From NCBI GenBank assembly GCA_964629085.1, contig CAZVPR010000006.1:21122-85121 (forward strand): 64,000 nt of DNA, written 5' to 3'. Positions 58,876 through 64,000 of this stretch are shown in pieces. Source of the DNA: an uncultured Anaerolineales bacterium (GTDB lineage Bacteria > Chloroflexota > Anaerolineae > Anaerolineales > UBA11858). Under the pieces are notes generated by a model. That model ran no database searches, was not told the origin of the DNA, and saw only the letters and a program-made list of their open reading frames with translations. Numbering within the stretch: the stretch's first letter is position 1; each line of letters begins with the position of its first letter. The position numbers were made by a program, and so were the translations under genes.

Positions 58876-61800
58876 TCAATCTTTCCACTGAATTTCGATT
58901 TTGGTTCCTTTACCGGGTTGACTCTTAATGGACAAATCAGCTGATATTGAACTTGCTCGTTCTTGCATAATCATCAGTCCATGGTGACCAGGCGGTTGAT
59001 AATTGAGATCGAAACCGCGGCCATCATCTTCGATAAATAACTGGGCTTGACCATTATTGCATTCGTAACGTACCCAGACATTTTTGGCGCGTGCATGTTT
59101 AATGATATTGTTTAACGCTTCCTGCGCCATGCGGAAGAACATAATTTTAACTTCGGTGGGCAATACCTCGCAATGAGAGATTGTAATATCAATACTTGTC
59201 TGTGTGCGGCCAGAAAAACCATCCGCCAGCTGCTGGAGTAAATCGACCAAAGGTGTTTGCTCCAGAGACCCAGGACGAAGCTCCAGCAGAAGATTGCGCA
59301 TCTCGGCCAGTGCACCTTGGGTCAGCTTTTGTAATTCTACCAGATTCTGCCGTACCAGATCGATATCGCGTTCCCATGACCGCTCTAGCGTTTGAGCGAT
59401 AACACTTGCAGAGAAAAGGGTCTGACTGACCGCATCATGCAAATCACGCGCCAGACGTTGGCGTTCTTCCCATACAGCGGCTTGCTCGGCTTGATCCCGC
59501 AACTGGGTACTTTCTATCATAGCACCAACTTGTTCGGCAATCGATATTATCAAGGCTTTCTCTTCTTCAGTATAATCATGTTCACCTTTGGCCGAGTCTC
59601 TAAACACATTTATCACGCCAATGGTCCTCCCAATAGCCTTCATAGGGGCACCGAAATAGGCCAGATTCTCTTCAAAATTGACATAATTGCGTGAATCTGT
59701 AGATACATCAGCCGAGTGTAATGGTTCTCCCGTCTCCATAATCTGGCCAAACATGCCTCGCCCCAGCGGAACAATATCCTCGACATTATCGAGACGCTGA
59801 GATAATCCTTTTTGATAAACCAAGCGCAGTGATTGCATCTCATCATCAAGGATATGGATACCTCCAATTTTGCTATCGAGGGCTGCAAGAATTTGATCTA
59901 ACGCTTTAGGGATTAATGTATCCAAATCCAAAGATTGGCTGGCCATAGAACTAATATCGAATAAGGTAGTCAGTTCCCGCGTGCGGTCCGCGACACGTCG
60001 TTCGAGTTCATCAGCATGTTGTTGGGTTTGCTCCAACAATCGGGCATTTTGAATGGCAATCGCAGCCTGGTTGGCAAAAGCCTGGGCCAGTGTGGCTTCG
60101 CGTTCACTGTAGGCATTGATTTCTTCACTATCAATGGTAATAAACCCAATCACTTCATCACGCACTATGAGAGGAATCCCCATCCAACCACGAATATAGT
60201 TGGTATCTCCCCATCGCTTGAAGCGGGAATCTGCATGTGTGTCTTCCAGGATGATGGGCGTGCGATTTTTTCGAATATCGGCTAATAAATTATCCGTAAG
60301 GGGAAATTCCTGATTGATAACAACCGCAGGGTCTATCAAACCTCGGGTAGCAACACCGATTATGCTTTCACCATCGATGAGAAATACTGTGTTGCTATCG
60401 CTTGGTATCACACGCCCAAGGTAATTCAAAATCACATTGAGTATTGCTTCCAATTGTAAGGTTTGGGTCAATGAGGCAGTTGCCAAGGCAAGCGTTTCGG
60501 CCTCTTCCCGGCGTTGGATTTCAGCTTCAGTTAAACGCGCTTGTTGAAGCGCAATCGCCAATTGGTTGGCAACCTCTTGGGCAACAGACAATTGCTCTTC
60601 TGTCATGGGATCCTTTTTGACGAACCCCAAATTGAGAACACCAATTAATTCTTTCTGTGCCAACAGAGGGAAATGCAAATAGGTATGTATACCCCCCTCA
60701 AATGGGCCACCCGAACCACTTGAGCGACCAATTTCGCCTTTTTGGACTAATTCACGATGCCATTCATTTTCAACATGTGGAAAACGATCCCCAATTTCTG
60801 CAGACACATCTACATCCGTATCCAATGCAATTAATTCCGCCTCTTGGGATTCCAAATTATGGATAGTTACACTGGCGTTTTGGCAAGATAAAAGTTTGCG
60901 GAGCTGGTGTATGGCGAACTGCGCTAAATCTCTAGGAGATTGTGCGGTCAAAATTCCCTGATCAATTTCACGCAATATTTCCAGGCGTTTCGCGTAATTT
61001 TGCAGTGCTTCTTCCGATTGTTTGCGTTCGGTGATATCCTGAATCGCGCCAAACAGTCGAACAACAGTTTTCTCTTCATATTGCACCTGACCCATCGTCC
61101 GCACCCACAAATGTTCACCTTTTGCAGATATAAAAGGTACCTCCAGATCAAAAGGCGTCCCATTTTCAACAGCATCCGCAACTGCTTGCTGAATGAGCGG
61201 CTGAGCTTCTGGCGCGTAGAAGTTCATCCCTTCTTCAGGCTTTGGGGGTGACGTTACAGGAAGACCATATAGACGGAATGTTTCTTCCGTAAAAAAGGGT
61301 TCCATGGTTTTTATATCAAGGGACCATCCCCCTGTCTTGGCTAATTGACCCGTTTCCTTTAGAAGTTCCTCATTCCGGCGTAGGGCTTCATTTGCTAGGA
61401 TTCGTTCCGTGACATCTCGGCCAACCGATTGAAGTTCGACTACCTCGCCCTGCTCATTAAAAAAGGCCCGATCCGTCCACTCCTGCCAGCCAAAATTCCC
61501 ATCGGGCAAATTGACACGGTGCTCATCTGTAGATACAGGATGCTCTACAGATAGACGATCTATTCTATCTTGGACTGCCTTGCGGTCTTCTTCCAAAATC
61601 AGGGGGTAAAAACTTGTGCCGATGATATCGTCTTTGGGCGTATCAAAAAAGCGACAATAGCTTTGATTGACAAATGTGCGCACGCCATCTGGTTTCCAGC
61701 GCACGATCATTTCCGTTTGGTCTTCCACAATAGCACGGAACCTGGATTCACTATCCTGCAGGGCCTTTTCGGCAAGTTTGCGTTCTGAAATATCGCGAAC

Positions 61801-64000
61801 GATAGCGAAAAGATGGCTTTTGCCTTTAAGATCAATGGGGTTCAAGCTGACTTCCACATCGAAAGTGGAACCATCACTGCGCTGGTGAATCCATTCAAAG
61901 CGCTGCCGTTTTCCCCGTTCTGTGGAGGCCAAATACACCAAACCTTTCTCTCGTGTTTTTCGACCATCTAACTGCTTCTCAGGCGAAAAGTCAAAGGGCG
62001 TTTTCCCAATGAAATCATCCAGTTCAACGTCAAACATCTCCAGTGTAGCCTGGTTGGCATCGATAATGGTTTCACCCTCCATGATGAAGATGCTGTCCAT
62101 GGCGCTTTCGAAAAGAGTCCGGTAATGCGCTTCACTTTCCTGCAAGGCTAACTCAGCTTGTTTAACGGATGTGATATCCCGGGCAATTCCTTCAATTGCA
62201 GTCAGGATTCCCTGGTCATCGAATATGAGTGTGTTCCTTTGCTCCGTCCAGATTACGTCACCACTCTTTTTAATCCATCTCAGGACAATGATATCTGGCA
62301 CGGCTACTTCTCTGGAGAAGTACTGATCGAGCAGATGGCGGTCCTCAGGGTGGACGAGTTTTATACCCAGATCAGGATCGGCATAATGATCTTCAGGCGT
62401 GAAACCTGTGATTTGGGTGGCTGAGGGGGAAACATAGGTAAACCGTCTTTGGGGGAAGAATTCGATCCGGTAGATGAGATCATCGATATTCTCAACCAGG
62501 GTGCGATAGCGGTCTTCACTTTCTGTAAGCGCTTTTTCGGCATGTTTCCGTTCGGTGATATCAATGCCAAAGGAGATGGTGCCAATAATCTCTCCATTAT
62601 CTCTGATCTCATTGTTGCTCCAGGAAACAAAACGTTCTTCTCCCTCTTTGGTCAGAATGGGATTTTCGAATAGTTTTGGCAGACCCCCTTCGCGCAGTCT
62701 ATTGAATTCTTCCCACACTTCGGGATAACGTTTTTGGGGCACCAGCGTCGCAAACCAATTACCGCCTCTCAACTCTTCAAAGGAATAGCCCGAAATCTCT
62801 TCTGCCATTGGATTGAAGAGCTGGACTTCTCCTAAATTATTCAAGCCGACGATCATTACATTGGCAGTTTGGATGAGATTGTCATTAAAACGCCTGGCTT
62901 CTTCCAGGGCTTTTTCCGCCAGTTTTCGTTCGGATATATCTTCGACCATGCCAATTGCCGATACCGGATTCCCCCTTTCATCCCTGATCATGGATACGCT
63001 CAGATTACTCGTAATCACCTGGCCATCTTTTCGGATATAACGCTTCTCGAGACTGTATTGATCTCGCTTCCCGGCTGCCAGTTCCTGGAACAGGTCCATA
63101 TCGAGATCAGCGTCATCGGGATGTGTGAAATCCGTGAAAACCATCGCTGCCAATTCATCACCAGTATAGCCAAATAATTCCTGTGCTGCCGGGTTGGAAA
63201 CGACGGGATGGCCTTGTAAATCTACCTGAGCAATGGTGATCGGCGCATTATCAAAAATCGATCGGAAGCGTTCCTCACTTTCCAGCAAATCTTGCTCAGC
63301 CTGCTTGCGTTCAGTGATATCGATGATCACCCCTTCATGTGTCTCGTTCCCTTTAGCATCACGCACGATTTGGGTATGACCCTCCACCCAGATGACACTG
63401 CCATCATAACGTCGATGTCTTATTTGGGCAGCATGAAGTAATCCACCCTGATTTAGTTCTTCCTTCATTATCTGACGATCTGCAGGATCAACATAAAAAT
63501 CGGTGGCACTGGCCTCTAGCAATTCTTGACGTGAAGGATAGCTCAACATCTCGATCATGGCAGGGTTGGCGTCAAGAACCTGCCCCTCGGGAGTAGTGCG
63601 GAATAGGCCAACTGGCACACTTTCGAATAAGCCGCGATAGCGTTCCTCAGAGGCGCGCAATTCTCTCTCAGTTTCCAATTGTTGAGTGATATCTTGGAAG
63701 GCAACCACCACTTCATCAATCTGACCATCTTCTTTTATCAAAGGTGCAGCATTAATTGAAAGAAATTTGTGCACTTCCTGGTCTGGCCAAACAATCTCAC
63801 GGACAATACCAAAAACTGGTTTTCCAGTTTGGTCAACTAGAGAAGCCACTGATTCATCATCAGGAACAACATTGCCATCCAAATCAAATGATTGCCACCC
63901 TAAATCTCCATCTTGTGGCTCAAAAGAATTTCCATCAAGCATAAGTATCTCTTTCGCCCGATCATTGACAAAGGATACCCGACCTTCCCGGTTGATGATA
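58876..64000 (-). CDS. Large PAS/GAF sensor histidine kinase, HisKA_3 type (5' end beyond the window)
   Basis: EERQRLARDLHDAVSQ, QEALNNIIKHA and DDGRGF. The frame stays open upstream of Met 63942 (IINREGRVSFVNDRAKEILM, PAS-like), so the gene begins outside the window. Confidence 0.92.
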   Translation of the reverse strand, partial: IINREGRVSFVNDRAKEILMLDGNSFEPQDGDLGWQSFDLDGNVVPDDESVASLVDQTGKPVFGIVREIVWPDQEVHKFLSINAAPLIKEDGQIDEVVVAFQDITQQLETERELRASEERYRGLFESVPVGLFRTTPEGQVLDANPAMIEMLSYPSRQELLEASATDFYVDPADRQIMKEELNQGGLLHAAQIRHRRYDGSVIWVEGHTQIVRDAKGNETHEGVIIDITERKQAEQDLLESEERFRSIFDNAPITIAQVDLQGHPVVSNPAAQELFGYTGDELAAMVFTDFTHPDDADLDMDLFQELAAGKRDQYSLEKRYIRKDGQVITSNLSVSMIRDERGNPVSAIGMVEDISERKLAEKALEEARRFNDNLIQTANVMIVGLNNLGEVQLFNPMAEEISGYSFEELRGGNWFATLVPQKRYPEVWEEFNRLREGGLPKLFENPILTKEGEERFVSWSNNEIRDNGEIIGTISFGIDITERKHAEKALTESEDRYRTLVENIDDLIYRIEFFPQRRFTYVSPSATQITGFTPEDHYADPDLGIKLVHPEDRHLLDQYFSREVAVPDIIVLRWIKKSGDVIWTEQRNTLIFDDQGILTAIEGIARDITSVKQAELALQESEAHYRTLFESAMDSIFIMEGETIIDANQATLEMFDVELDDFIGKTPFDFSPEKQLDGRKTREKGLVYLASTERGKRQRFEWIHQRSDGSTFDVEVSLNPIDLKGKSHLFAIVRDISERKLAEKALQDSESRFRAIVEDQTEMIVRWKPDGVRTFVNQSYCRFFDTPKDDIIGTSFYPLILEEDRKAVQDRIDRLSVEHPVSTDEHRVNLPDGNFGWQEWTDRAFFNEQGEVVELQSVGRDVTERILANEALRRNEELLKETGQLAKTGGWSLDIKTMEPFFTEETFRLYGLPVTSPPKPEEGMNFYAPEAQPLIQQAVADAVENGTPFDLEVPFISAKGEHLWVRTMGQVQYEEKTVVRLFGAIQDITERKQSEEALQNYAKRLEILREIDQGILTAQSPRDLAQFAIHQLRKLLSCQNASVTIHNLESQEAELIALDTDVDVSAEIGDRFPHVENEWHRELVQKGEIGRSSGSGGPFEGGIHTYLHFPLLAQKELIGVLNLGFVKKDPMTEEQLSVAQEVANQLAIALQQARLTEAEIQRREEAETLALATASLTQTLQLEAILNVILNYLGRVIPSDSNTVFLIDGESIIGVATRGLIDPAVVINQEFPLTDNLLADIRKNRTPIILEDTHADSRFKRWGDTNYIRGWMGIPLIVRDEVIGFITIDSEEINAYSEREATLAQAFANQAAIAIQNARLLEQTQQHADELERRVADRTRELTTLFDISSMASQSLDLDTLIPKALDQILAALDSKIGGIHILDDEMQSLRLVYQKGLSQRLDNVEDIVPLGRGMFGQIMETGEPLHSADVSTDSRNYVNFEENLAYFGAPMKAIGRTIGVINVFRDSAKGEHDYTEEEKALIISIAEQVGAMIESTQLRDQAEQAAVWEERQRLARDLHDAVSQTLFSASVIAQTLERSWERDIDLVRQNLVELQKLTQGALAEMRNLLLELRPGSLEQTPLVDLLQQLADGFSGRTQTSIDITISHCEVLPTEVKIMFFRMAQEALNNIIKHARAKNVWVRYECNNGQAQLFIEDDGRGFDLNYQPPGHHGLMIMQERASSISADLSIKSQPGKGTKIEIQWKD

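Overview
Bacterial DNA. The gene content suggests Chloroflexota/Anaerolineae (inferred from Pro/Thr-linker TPR and NBR1-Ig lipoproteins, multi-GAF kinases and TadE/TadG pilins). From 1 to 12.6 kb the window holds transport, signalling and housekeeping genes: EamA, a cysteine-synthase-like PLP enzyme, an SLC13 permease, a GAF kinase, a TPR protein, a small Cys-rich protein, coaBC, a P1 peptidase and a tRNA-CAT. The most unusual locus is at 14.7-22.8 kb. A tightly coupled operon encodes a class II terpene cyclase, an intramembrane histidine kinase, an Rv3378c (tuberculosinyl-adenosine transferase)-like protein and an Asp-less receiver. It is flanked by a second Rv3378c-like paralog, a divergent Ham1-like pyrophosphatase, a double-SIS protein and a canonical receiver, and may be a terpenoid-based signalling system. 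At 25-32 kb a cassette of MDR dehydrogenases, methyltransferases and an XRE regulator includes a probable selenoprotein missed by the ORF track (in-frame UGA plus SECIS-like hairpin). At 32.9-38.6 kb a c-di-GMP-I riboswitch leads three Tad minor-pilin genes. These converge on a 25 kb array of 12 signalling genes (38.6-64 kb) that ends in REC-GGDEF and REC-PAS-GAF-HD-GYP genes. All family calls come from motif recognition only; no searches were run.
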